DNA from: an archaeon
GTDB taxonomy: Archaea > Iainarchaeota > Iainarchaeia > Iainarchaeales > CSSED10-239
Assembly: GCA_041657425.1 (NCBI GenBank)
Contig: JBBABY010000011.1
Span: 8,950-40,949, forward strand
Direction: 5' to 3'
Length of the DNA: 32,000 bases
This document shows, one piece after another, positions 1-8,959 of this stretch. The translations under genes were made by a program, and so were the position numbers. Positions within the stretch are counted from its first letter, which is position 1. The number at the start of each line of letters is the position of its first letter. Under the pieces are notes generated by a model. The model saw nothing but the letters and a program-made list of their open reading frames with translations. It was not told the origin of the DNA and did no database searches.

Positions 1-332
1 ATGAAACAATAACACTTACAAGTTATGATAGCCCAACTAGATGTCAAGCATATTGTGGTGGTGGAGAAAATTGTATTTTAATGGAATATATTTATGATGA
101 TGGAAAAACTAGACAAATGCCAATTACTCCAATCTGTATGGATTTACCAACAGCAATAAGTTTTGAAACATCATTAGCAGAGTGTGGTACTCAATATCTC
201 CCTGAGGACTGGTTTGCAATGAATCTAAGTTCAAGTCCAAGTCCGAATATAACTTCTGGAAAATATAGATTATTTATGAAAAGTACAAGTAGTAATAGTG
301 TAAGAGAAATGTGTTTTCTAAAGAGATTGTGA
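1..332 (+). CDS. 3' part of a CDS entering from the left window edge; hypothetical Cys-containing surface/secreted protein
   Basis: Frame 3 stays open from nt 3 to TGA 330-332. Track ORF 81..332 is only its first internal Met. It lies 7 nt from the next gene, so it belongs to the same + strand operon. No recognisable motif. Confidence 0.5.
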   Translation, partial: ETITLTSYDSPTRCQAYCGGGENCILMEYIYDDGKTRQMPITPICMDLPTAISFETSLAECGTQYLPEDWFAMNLSSSPSPNITSGKYRLFMKSTSSNSVREMCFLKRL

Positions 333-339
333 AAAATAA

Positions 340-1035
340 ATGATTGAATTTTCTTTATCTAAATTAAATATGTTAATATTTGTTACAGCTGTTGCAGCGA
401 TAGTTATCTTTTTTATGGCAGCAGTTAATTCTCAAATGAAAACAAGACAAAGTTTTGAACTAGTCTATAAAGTTGGAAAGGAACTAAAGACAGGTATTGA
501 AAGTAATAGTTATTGTACGGTTAAGTTCATTACTATTCCAAAAACAATACAAACAAATTCTAATGGATCAGATGCATTTAATATAAAGTATAAATTAAAT
601 ATTTCAGCTTATGCAGAGAAAAAGAAGTTAGTTCTAGCAGTAATTGATAGAAAACAATATAAACCAAAAATCTATGCAGCTTATGATATTGATTATGAAG
701 GAACTATGAAATTATATAATTCTGTTTGTAATGCCGATACTCAATGTAATGGATCTACAAATATAGAAGTGACCGGTGGAGATCCAAGTATAGTTGATTT
801 TGATCCATTAAAAGTAAATTCCATTGATACTCAGATTCTTTTTGCAAAAACAATTAATAATGGCAGTCCTACAATATATTTAATTCCTTGTCTTTATAAG
901 AATGGAATATATAGTTGTCGTGCTTTCTTAAATGCTGATAGTTCTGGAACAAAATTAAAAGATTTAATACCATGTCTAGGAGCAGTAAGTAATTTAGTTG
1001 ATTATACTGATCAATCAACAGGAAGTGCAAGTTAG
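340..1035 (+). CDS. hypothetical protein with a single N-terminal hydrophobic helix (pilin-like architecture, non-canonical signal)
   Basis: 231-aa ORF. The N-terminus MIEFSLSKLNMLIFVTAVAAIVIFFMAAV is followed by a Cys/Asn/Thr-rich domain. Tightly packed with flanking genes. No canonical [KR]-G prepilin cleavage motif. Confidence 0.6.
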   Translation: MIEFSLSKLNMLIFVTAVAAIVIFFMAAVNSQMKTRQSFELVYKVGKELKTGIESNSYCTVKFITIPKTIQTNSNGSDAFNIKYKLNISAYAEKKKLVLAVIDRKQYKPKIYAAYDIDYEGTMKLYNSVCNADTQCNGSTNIEVTGGDPSIVDFDPLKVNSIDTQILFAKTINNGSPTIYLIPCLYKNGIYSCRAFLNADSSGTKLKDLIPCLGAVSNLVDYTDQSTGSAS

Positions 1036-1548
1036 ATGAACAAAAAAGGATACATTGGAGCAATTGGTGACGATCTCCCAAGTTTAATACCAATATTCTT
1101 AGGTATAACTATCTTCTTTGCTGTATTTTTAAGTACCTATAATGTTTATAGAAATAACACAGACCTTTATTCTTTAAGAAACGATGCAATAAATATTGCA
1201 GGAGTTATGAAAGAAGAACCATTAATTGCTGATCAAAATCAGTTTAATAAATCTTGTGGAAGAATAAAAACTAAATATAACTGGAATGCATTTATTACTT
1301 CTTTTGATCTTAATTCAGATAATTATCATTCTCTTAAACCCAGTGATCTTAATCCAGATGTACTATATCAACATTGGGAAGAGGAAGAACTAGGCACTTC
1401 TAGAAAACTAATATGTAAGGAAGATGGATTAGAAGAATTAAAAACAACACTTGAAACAAAAGATGTAACAATCTATAAATACCCAATAACTGTTCAACAG
1501 GAATTCTTTGCAGAGCCAGCGTGGTTATATGTTGCAGTTTGGAAATAG
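1036..1548 (+). CDS. hypothetical protein with basic head and N-terminal hydrophobic helix (possible prepilin-like)
   Basis: 170-aa ORF. ATG 1036 directly abuts TAG 1033-1035 of the previous gene. N-terminus is MNKKGYIGAIGDDLPSLIPIFLGITIFFAVFL. Confidence 0.6.
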   Translation: MNKKGYIGAIGDDLPSLIPIFLGITIFFAVFLSTYNVYRNNTDLYSLRNDAINIAGVMKEEPLIADQNQFNKSCGRIKTKYNWNAFITSFDLNSDNYHSLKPSDLNPDVLYQHWEEEELGTSRKLICKEDGLEELKTTLETKDVTIYKYPITVQQEFFAEPAWLYVAVWK

Positions 1549-1557
1549 GAAAGAATT

Positions 1558-2364
1558 ATGAAACTAGCACCAATTAAATTAAGAAGTAAAAAAGGACAAG
1601 CAGCAATAACTGATGCTTTATTTTTCTTATTAGTAATTGTAACTCTTTCTGTTTTAATGTTTAGGTATTCTTCAACTTATGGAACAAGAATTAATCAAGC
1701 AACTTCTGATTTATATTATAAAGAATATACAAATTCAGTTTTAAAAACAATATTTTATACCTCTGTTCCATTAAATTATTCTCTTGATCTCAATTCTAGT
1801 TTAGAAACAGATTATTTGATGACACAAGTAAAACAAAATTACTATGCAAATGGAAAGATTGGGGAGTCTGATATTAATAGCTTAAATATTGGCACTCCTG
1901 GGGCTCCGGACTATAGAGATCTTGCAAAATTTAATTTATTTCATACAGTGAAAGCAACAATGATTCCATTAAGTTCTCATGATTATGTGTTTTATCTTTA
2001 TAATGATGAAAATGATTCATTTGCTTATTTTATGATTAAGAATACTAATTTCAATCCAGTTGAGTTAAATTCAAATGCTCCAAGAAATGCAACTGCTCGT
2101 GGGATTGTAAATTATACTAATTCAATTCCTAATTATTATCTTTGTAATCCAAATGGCTATGCAGATATAAGAGATGTAATTTCTAGATCTCCAAAAATTT
2201 TCTCATCTTCTGTACCTTTATCTTTTCAACAATATACTGAAATTGGAAATAATGTGTCATATCCTAAATCAACAGTCATTGCAACATTTGCTATTTGGCC
2301 AGCAACAGTCGATATCAATTCAATAATGCTAGAAGAGCAATTGAATTGTAAAATCGTGGATTAA
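1558..2364 (+). CDS. archaeal type IV pilin-like protein (class III signal peptide)
   Basis: 268-aa ORF with a purine-rich GGAAAG just upstream. The N-terminus MKLAPIKLRSKKG/QAAITDALFFLLVIVTLSVLMF fits the archaeal prepilin pattern: basic residues, G at -1, Q at +1, then a hydrophobic stretch. Confidence 0.65.
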   Translation: MKLAPIKLRSKKGQAAITDALFFLLVIVTLSVLMFRYSSTYGTRINQATSDLYYKEYTNSVLKTIFYTSVPLNYSLDLNSSLETDYLMTQVKQNYYANGKIGESDINSLNIGTPGAPDYRDLAKFNLFHTVKATMIPLSSHDYVFYLYNDENDSFAYFMIKNTNFNPVELNSNAPRNATARGIVNYTNSIPNYYLCNPNGYADIRDVISRSPKIFSSSVPLSFQQYTEIGNNVSYPKSTVIATFAIWPATVDINSIMLEEQLNCKIVD

Positions 2365-2382
2365 AAAAATAGAAATAATAAA

Positions 2383-3159
2383 TTAGAATTTTAATCCTAA
2401 TTCATCATCACCAATAACTTCACTTTCAAAGTCCGGATCTTTTTCTTCATCGTCTCCAAAATCAAGATGCTCTACTTTCTTTTCTTTCTTTGTTTTTTTG
2501 TCTGAACTTGTTGTTGCTTGTTTCTTTGTTTCTTCTTTAGGTTTTTCTGAGTTGGTAATGATTGAATCACGTGCTGAGTGTCTGCTTCTTTTTGTTTCAA
2601 TTTCTTTAGGACTATTGTTGTTTGATTCACTTGTCTTTGTTTTGTCTTTTCTATCTTTATCTCTAATTTCTTCCTTTTTAGTTTCTTCAACAATATCATC
2701 AATTACAAGTTCAAGTTCTTTTCTGTCGTTTAAGAAGTCATAATCTCCTGAGACTCTCGTCCTAGAATTAGTGAGTTCGCTTCCATTATTTGTTCTTTCT
2801 TTTCTTGAGGACCTATAATGAGCATTATCTTGAACAATTTGTTTAATTGTTTCTTGATTAACATTAACTTCAGTATTAGATAATTGAGAATAGATAACAT
2901 CAGTAATTTCATCAATGTCCGGATTAATACTATCTTTCATCTCTGTAAGTATTTTATCAATTATTTGTTTTTTGTCTTTTATTGTAATTGTTGTTTCTTT
3001 AGATAAAGGCCCCGGAATGGTGGTTTCTTTTTCTGGTGAGCTAGTAACAGGAGCGTCCTTATATTCAACCTCTCCGTTCTCTTCAGTTCTATAAAATCTT
3101 CGTTCTCTTCTTTTAATTTTAGTAATATCCATAATTATCTCTCTTTTATCATATAACAT
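2383..3159 (-). CDS. highly charged K/E/D/S/T-rich low-complexity protein, function unknown
   Basis: 258-aa ORF with runs such as EETKKEEIRDKDRKDK and KKTKKEKK and no TM segment. Overlapping ORFs 2472..2702, 2498..2743 and 2730..2915 look like shadows of the low-complexity sequence. The start could instead be Met10 (3132). Confidence 0.55.
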   Translation of the reverse strand: MLYDKREIIMDITKIKRRERRFYRTEENGEVEYKDAPVTSSPEKETTIPGPLSKETTITIKDKKQIIDKILTEMKDSINPDIDEITDVIYSQLSNTEVNVNQETIKQIVQDNAHYRSSRKERTNNGSELTNSRTRVSGDYDFLNDRKELELVIDDIVEETKKEEIRDKDRKDKTKTSESNNNSPKEIETKRSRHSARDSIITNSEKPKEETKKQATTSSDKKTKKEKKVEHLDFGDDEEKDPDFESEVIGDDELGLKF

Positions 3160-3241
3160 ATAAGCATATAATATTTAAAAACTATTATGTTAATATATAT
3201 AAATATATTTAAGTATATTATTATATAAAAAAGACAAAAAT

Positions 3242-3775
3242 ATGAGTTCAATACTATTAACGATATTAAATTACGTTTGGGTTTTTATAAAACTATTATT
3301 ATTCAGTGCAGTTGCATCATTGCCTTTTATTGGAATTACTTATCTTTTAAAGACTCAATTTCTAAAATTAAGAACTAAAAAACTAAGTTATGCTTTGTCG
3401 TTATACATTCTAATTTATATTATTTCTTTTATTGGTCTAGTATTTATTTACTTTATACCAATACTAGATAAATTTTCAACATTTACATTTCTAAACGGAA
3501 TTGGTTTTGTAGTATTTCAGTTAATAAGATTATTACTAATAAATCTATTACTATCTGCAATGATGTTTATTATTGCAATGTTTATTTCATTACTATATGA
3601 TTCTTTTATAGAGAAGAAAGACAAGAAAAAGAAAGTAGTTAAAGTAAAAATAGAAAAATTATCTTTCTTAAACTTGTGGAAAAGTTTTTCCATGGTTTTC
3701 TTTGTTATGTTTTTATTTATATTAATTGTTTTTCCATCATTAATAGCAATGATTATGTATTTGATATTTATGTAA
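3242..3775 (+). CDS. small polytopic membrane protein, function unknown
   Basis: 177-aa ORF with 4-5 hydrophobic helices and a KKDKKKKVVKVK loop. It ends 12 nt before the giant gene, so it is probably co-transcribed. Confidence 0.6.
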   Translation: MSSILLTILNYVWVFIKLLLFSAVASLPFIGITYLLKTQFLKLRTKKLSYALSLYILIYIISFIGLVFIYFIPILDKFSTFTFLNGIGFVVFQLIRLLLINLLLSAMMFIIAMFISLLYDSFIEKKDKKKKVVKVKIEKLSFLNLWKSFSMVFFVMFLFILIVFPSLIAMIMYLIFM

Positions 3776-3787
3776 GGTGTTTTACAA

Positions 3788-6700
3788 ATGAATGAATTAA
3801 TAAAAAAAACGTGGGTTATTTTCTTTTTAATAATATTCTGTAATAGTATATTTGCAGGAATTAATCCTGACAGATTATATTTTGCAGACACCGAAAATTC
3901 CTCACCTAGTAAAACAGGAATAGTTTTTGATCGTGGAAACGGATGTATGACTACAGAGCTTCCAGAAGAATCAGTAAATGCGTTATGGAAAGAAATACTA
4001 ATTAAAGGATTTTCCGTAGACACCTTAGGTTCTGATCAACCTGAAAATCTAAAAAGAGAAACTTTAGATAAAAATCAATTACTATTAACTGAAGCAGATG
4101 CTAAAGCAGGGGATATGGCAATAAAAAAAGAAATTCCCTCTCAATTAATAGATCCATTAGAAGTGCCAATGCTTATTGGAAAAACCTGTCAAGGGGCTTT
4201 TTCATATGGAGCAAATTTAAAAGAAACACTAAGAGTTGGAAGATGTACTGGAAAAGACGCAGACAGTGAATGCTACTTAGCAGATTATGGACAATATAGA
4301 CAAAACGGAATGACTGGTTTTTTAAAAGAAACAAAAGTTGTAGGTAAAGATCTTATTAAAGGATTAAAAGACACATTAACTCTTAATGGCGATAGTAATT
4401 CAGATTCTAATAAAACAATGAATGAAGACTTAGGAGCATTTACAGATATTTCTTCAGCAGAATTAGAGCAATATTATCAAGCAATGGAAGCTAGTGATAG
4501 TAATTCTATTGAAACTGAAACTTGGAAATCAGTAGGTAATAAAGTTATAGAAAATACTTCTTTTACAACTAATTTCGCAGTAACAATGCAAACTACTTGT
4601 AGAGGAGAAAATTGTTATATTAATACTTATTCTTTATTTGATAAAATGTTTAATCAATATTTTTCTTTAGATATGGTTTATAGTGCAACATCTCCTGTGT
4701 TTTACAATACTATGGCAAGAATTGTAAATAATACCCCACTAGTTAAGAAAGGGTTAACTGCACTTCCAACTGCTTTAAAGAAAAAAGGGATAATTAAAGA
4801 AGGCGGATTTATAGATACTTTAACAAAAGATCCTGGTTTATTTATTCAAGATCCATTTGGAAGAATAAAAAAATCATTTGATGCAGGGATATTTAGAAAA
4901 TCTAATGTTGATAATTATGTTGAAGTTAATCTTAAACATTTTGATATACTAAAAAGAGATATACAAAACAATGATATTCAAGATGAAATAACTGCAACTT
5001 TAAAAGCACTTCAAGATAATCCTGGCGCAACTGCAGCCACAACTCAAGATTTAATTATTAAGAATTCTGCAAAATTAAATGCAGTTCAAAAAAGAGCATA
5101 TGCTGATGTTATGCAAATATATCAATCAAAATTTGCAGCATCAAATGCATTATTAAAATCAAAGATTGCAGATGGTGATTTTATAAGTGCAAAAAAAATA
5201 ATTGATGAAGTAAGAGCAAATGGAGAACCAATTGATAACGCTCTAAGAAAATTAACAAAAACACAACTTGATGCTTATGAAGATGCAGCATATACTGCTT
5301 CAACATTATCTCAAGCACATAAAGATATGGGATTTTCATCATATAGTTGGCAAGATGGATTTGATAAATCTGCAATAGTTGCTGACAGAAAATTACCAAT
5401 TGCGGAAGTCAGTAGTACAGGTGTACCAGGCACACCTCCCACTATAACTAAAACCACTTTGGATTTAAAAACATATAAATCAAAAGACGGACATTCCTTC
5501 GGAGAGTTATTAGACAAAGAAAAACTGGGTACTGAATTTAATGGTTTTAGATATAAGACTGATAGTAAATATGGATATGTAATGAAAGATATGGGCGATG
5601 TTCAAACAATTGATTATAAGATAATTCTCGCAGATGGAACTGAAGTTACAAGAAAAAGATTAAAAACAGTTATTGAAAATGTTGATAGATCAATACCAGG
5701 ATATCCCGCAAATTTCGATGATTTAAAGGCAATTGCAAAAGAAAATCCTAATGCAGTAATTTCCTATTTAGATGGATCAACAATAAAAGAAATTAAAGGG
5801 TATCAATTAAATGATACCTTGAAAGCAAAAATCACTTCTTTTGGAGGGACCGGAAATACAACAGTTTATACAAATGTAAAACCCGATTTTGTAGATAATG
5901 CGCTTCCTATTGATCCTTCAACAATACATCCAATTACAAATCCTTTAGGAAGTCCATATGCTGCCGGAGCATTAGATACAGATCCATTAGAAACAATGGC
6001 TTCATTAATGGACACCACTCCTGGTAAATTATCAGGTACTACTGGACGTTTTGATGAAGTTAATACTGCTCTAGCAAATAAAGAATGGGTTACAGGAAGA
6101 GGAAGAGATTTTATTTCTCAGCAATCTAAAATATATAATGGTGCGGCTTATCAAAGATTTTTTACAAGAAATCCACTTGCTTTTGGAATTAATTTTGGAT
6201 ATTGGCAATTTAAAACAATGGGGAATACAATATTTGGAGAAACTCTTGGGCTAACTGAATATTCTATGTACCAATTACCTGAAACATATTCTGCTTTGCA
6301 AATAAAACATAAAGAAAATGCAAAAATTTATGATGATGCATATGTTGATTTCTTTGCAAATGATGGTTCTGATCAAGGAGATCTATTTATGGCATTTTTA
6401 AATTCTGGACTAATGTGGGCTAATTGGGCACCTCAAAAAATAATTGGTTCAATAGAAGCAGATTGGGCACAATCTCTTAAAAGTACAATGAATAATATAA
6501 CTCAAGGTCAAATAAAAAGATCAAAAGTTGATGATATTGTTTTAATTACAAATAATATTAATTCTGGTTGTAATCAATCATGTAATTTTTCAATAGCTTC
6601 TGATTATTTAGAAAAAAATACTAAAAATGCGTCAATGGCTATGGAATTACAAATGATAGACTCTAATGCTCCGACAGATGTAAATAGTTCAACAGATGTA

Positions 6701-8812
6701 AATGCTCCAAAGAACCTTAATTCAAGTACATCAATACAACCCGCAATAAATTATAATCAAATTAAAATCGATAGTGTAATTCCACAAAATGCAAATATAA
6801 AAACTACAAATTATTTATTAGAAAATACTTCTGATAAAAATTTAAAGAATCTAGGACAAACATTAATATCGTTTTCACATCATACAGATTATGATGGAAC
6901 AGTAGCAACTGAAACAACAGAAAAAGCAATTGATTTATTAGATGCCCAAGAGCAAGGAAATACTTGTTCTCAAAAAGTAACTGAACTTGCATTAATGGGC
7001 CTTCCAATAGGGAGATTGTTACCAAAATCATTTAGAAATTATAGATTAGCGGCAGTGTTATCATTAGAACAACATTTTGCTTATGTTTTATTTCCTGGAT
7101 CTGGATATTTTAGTTCATTTTTAGGTCCAGCAATATTTAGTGATTTGCCTCAACAATTTTTAATAATGCCTGAATTAAAAGGATGTGTTGATGATGAAGA
7201 GGGATTATATTCTCACTTTTTTGTTTCAGCAGAAGAAACTGATAGAATCGCAAAAGATTCAAAAAATAAAGTTGGCGAAGCAATAATAGAGGGAACAAAA
7301 CAAGTAGAAACTGCAGTTTCAAAAATAACTTCTGGAACAGATCTTGAAAAAGGAGTGAAGTTTGGTTCAGAGCAAGTTCAAAAGTTTGCTGAAGAAAAAC
7401 TTCAAGAGGATCCAATCGTTCAATCAACCTATACAACTGCAGGAGCAACAGCAGCTTCAGTAGAAGGTCAATTATTCTTTTTTGAAATAGGGCCAAGAGC
7501 AACTTGTAGAGCAAGTGGTTACAATGACAAGGGCGTTGAAGTATTAATGGGCCAAGATTCAAATGGAAATGATATGAATGTTAGAATCGACAAAGAAAAA
7601 GGAGAATTAACAGTAACTGATGCAAACGGCACAAGAACAATTATTGGCGGAAACAATAAAGATTTCGTAAGATTAATGGGAGATAATTTTGCAATTCCTG
7701 CTAAAGTTATACCACATAGTCTAAGTTATATTCCAACACCAAATGATACTTTACCATTATTTGAAATTGATGCTTATGGGAATTTAAGTGTTAAAAACGC
7801 AGAGTTCTTTGATTGTTTAAGAGCGGGCTATGAAGCGCAGACTGGTCTTACCATGTCTTCAAGTGCAAGTAATTTAACTGAATATTTAGGTGCAGTAAAA
7901 CTTGCTAATGTAATTCACCCTTCAGGAGCATATACCACTACATTTAGCGGAGATGGAATACTTGCTCAAGGTGCGGGGTTACCAAGAGAATTAACAAGTG
8001 GTAATAATTCAAAAGCAACAATATTAGGAAATAGATTTACAAAGATTGGTCCAATTGATGGTAGTGATAAAACAATTGGTCAAAATGTTGCAATTCAATT
8101 TGAAAAAGGACAATTAGTTTATTATGAAGATAAACAAGCATATATACTTTGGGTAGAAAATACAACAATCACTCATGGAAATGATATTGCAAAATTAAAA
8201 ACTGAAATTACAAAAGAACAAGCAACAAATGGTTGTGATAAAGAAGAATTAGGAATCCAATTTTCAACCACTCCAGTTAAAGATAATGATCAAGCAAAAG
8301 CAAATACTGATAAATTAAATAAAGCTTTAGAAAAAGTTGGCCCATTTCAAATGTTTGATACTCCAACTAAAACATTTATCTTTTACATAAGTGATCCACC
8401 AGAGTGTAAGCAAAGATTAAAGATAATTGATAAAGAAACAGGAGTAGTAACTGATAGTGAAATACTTTCTTTTGAAAAAACCCCAAATGGTATATCTGTT
8501 AAGACAGCAGATGGTTCAACACACAATTTAGAATTTACTGCAGAAGATGGGGTTCCAAAATTAACATATAATGGAGATAAAGAAACATTAACTTCAGCTC
8601 AAGGAAAGAATGGTTCTTTCTGGTTTGATCCAGAGACTGGTAATTGGTATACAACTAACGGAAATTTAATTCCTTTAAATGACAAATTTAAAGACGGAGT
8701 AACCTTTGCAGTTAATCCAAATGGAACAGTAACTGGTACACCAGAACAAATGTATTCAATATTGGTTCAGGTGGTTCAGGAAAGAGCGGTAGTGGATTTA
8801 ATGTTCCATTAG
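3788..8812 (+). CDS. giant secreted/surface protein (1674 aa as read), no recognisable domain
   Basis: Uninterrupted 5025-nt ORF in an AT-rich background. AAGGTG lies 8 nt upstream of the ATG and is complementary to the 16S 3' end seen in this window. Signal-peptide-like N-terminus MNELIKKTWVIFFLIIFCNSIFA/G. Antisense ORFs inside it (5181.., 5311.., 6804.., 7137..) are shadows. Confidence 0.85.
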   Translation: MNELIKKTWVIFFLIIFCNSIFAGINPDRLYFADTENSSPSKTGIVFDRGNGCMTTELPEESVNALWKEILIKGFSVDTLGSDQPENLKRETLDKNQLLLTEADAKAGDMAIKKEIPSQLIDPLEVPMLIGKTCQGAFSYGANLKETLRVGRCTGKDADSECYLADYGQYRQNGMTGFLKETKVVGKDLIKGLKDTLTLNGDSNSDSNKTMNEDLGAFTDISSAELEQYYQAMEASDSNSIETETWKSVGNKVIENTSFTTNFAVTMQTTCRGENCYINTYSLFDKMFNQYFSLDMVYSATSPVFYNTMARIVNNTPLVKKGLTALPTALKKKGIIKEGGFIDTLTKDPGLFIQDPFGRIKKSFDAGIFRKSNVDNYVEVNLKHFDILKRDIQNNDIQDEITATLKALQDNPGATAATTQDLIIKNSAKLNAVQKRAYADVMQIYQSKFAASNALLKSKIADGDFISAKKIIDEVRANGEPIDNALRKLTKTQLDAYEDAAYTASTLSQAHKDMGFSSYSWQDGFDKSAIVADRKLPIAEVSSTGVPGTPPTITKTTLDLKTYKSKDGHSFGELLDKEKLGTEFNGFRYKTDSKYGYVMKDMGDVQTIDYKIILADGTEVTRKRLKTVIENVDRSIPGYPANFDDLKAIAKENPNAVISYLDGSTIKEIKGYQLNDTLKAKITSFGGTGNTTVYTNVKPDFVDNALPIDPSTIHPITNPLGSPYAAGALDTDPLETMASLMDTTPGKLSGTTGRFDEVNTALANKEWVTGRGRDFISQQSKIYNGAAYQRFFTRNPLAFGINFGYWQFKTMGNTIFGETLGLTEYSMYQLPETYSALQIKHKENAKIYDDAYVDFFANDGSDQGDLFMAFLNSGLMWANWAPQKIIGSIEADWAQSLKSTMNNITQGQIKRSKVDDIVLITNNINSGCNQSCNFSIASDYLEKNTKNASMAMELQMIDSNAPTDVNSSTDVNAPKNLNSSTSIQPAINYNQIKIDSVIPQNANIKTTNYLLENTSDKNLKNLGQTLISFSHHTDYDGTVATETTEKAIDLLDAQEQGNTCSQKVTELALMGLPIGRLLPKSFRNYRLAAVLSLEQHFAYVLFPGSGYFSSFLGPAIFSDLPQQFLIMPELKGCVDDEEGLYSHFFVSAEETDRIAKDSKNKVGEAIIEGTKQVETAVSKITSGTDLEKGVKFGSEQVQKFAEEKLQEDPIVQSTYTTAGATAASVEGQLFFFEIGPRATCRASGYNDKGVEVLMGQDSNGNDMNVRIDKEKGELTVTDANGTRTIIGGNNKDFVRLMGDNFAIPAKVIPHSLSYIPTPNDTLPLFEIDAYGNLSVKNAEFFDCLRAGYEAQTGLTMSSSASNLTEYLGAVKLANVIHPSGAYTTTFSGDGILAQGAGLPRELTSGNNSKATILGNRFTKIGPIDGSDKTIGQNVAIQFEKGQLVYYEDKQAYILWVENTTITHGNDIAKLKTEITKEQATNGCDKEELGIQFSTTPVKDNDQAKANTDKLNKALEKVGPFQMFDTPTKTFIFYISDPPECKQRLKIIDKETGVVTDSEILSFEKTPNGISVKTADGSTHNLEFTAEDGVPKLTYNGDKETLTSAQGKNGSFWFDPETGNWYTTNGNLIPLNDKFKDGVTFAVNPNGTVTGTPEQMYSILVQVVQERAVVDLMFH

Positions 8813-8907
8813 CTCCTGAGAATACTCTATGGTTATTCTTGTATATTTCAATGATTATAAGTGGATTTATGTTAATCTATTCTTCTAAACCAAGAAGAAA
8901 GAAATGA
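8749..8907 (+). CDS. out-of-frame C-terminal membrane-anchor segment of the giant protein (needs a 1-nt frame correction near 8744-8752)
   Basis: Codons from 8749 read NVFNIGSGGSGKSGSGFNVPLAPENTLWLFLYISMIISGFMLIYSSKPRRKK, ending at TGA 8905-8907. That is a Gly/Ser linker, a hydrophobic helix and a basic tail. This frame is open only from 8716 and has no start codon of its own before the helix. Confidence 0.6.
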   Translation, partial: NVFNIGSGGSGKSGSGFNVPLAPENTLWLFLYISMIISGFMLIYSSKPRRKK

Positions 8908-8911
8908 ATCC

Positions 8912-8931
8912 ATTTATATTTATTTTTCTTT
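8912..8931 (+). promoter_or_regulatory. putative archaeal TATA-type promoter of lysS
   Basis: ATTTATATTTATTTTTCTTT lies ~30-48 nt upstream of ATG 8960. It shares ATTTATATTTATTT..CTTT with the motif found upstream of the tRNA genes in this window. Confidence 0.4.
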
Positions 8932-8959
8932 TTATATATTTATATTAACGTGATTAACT

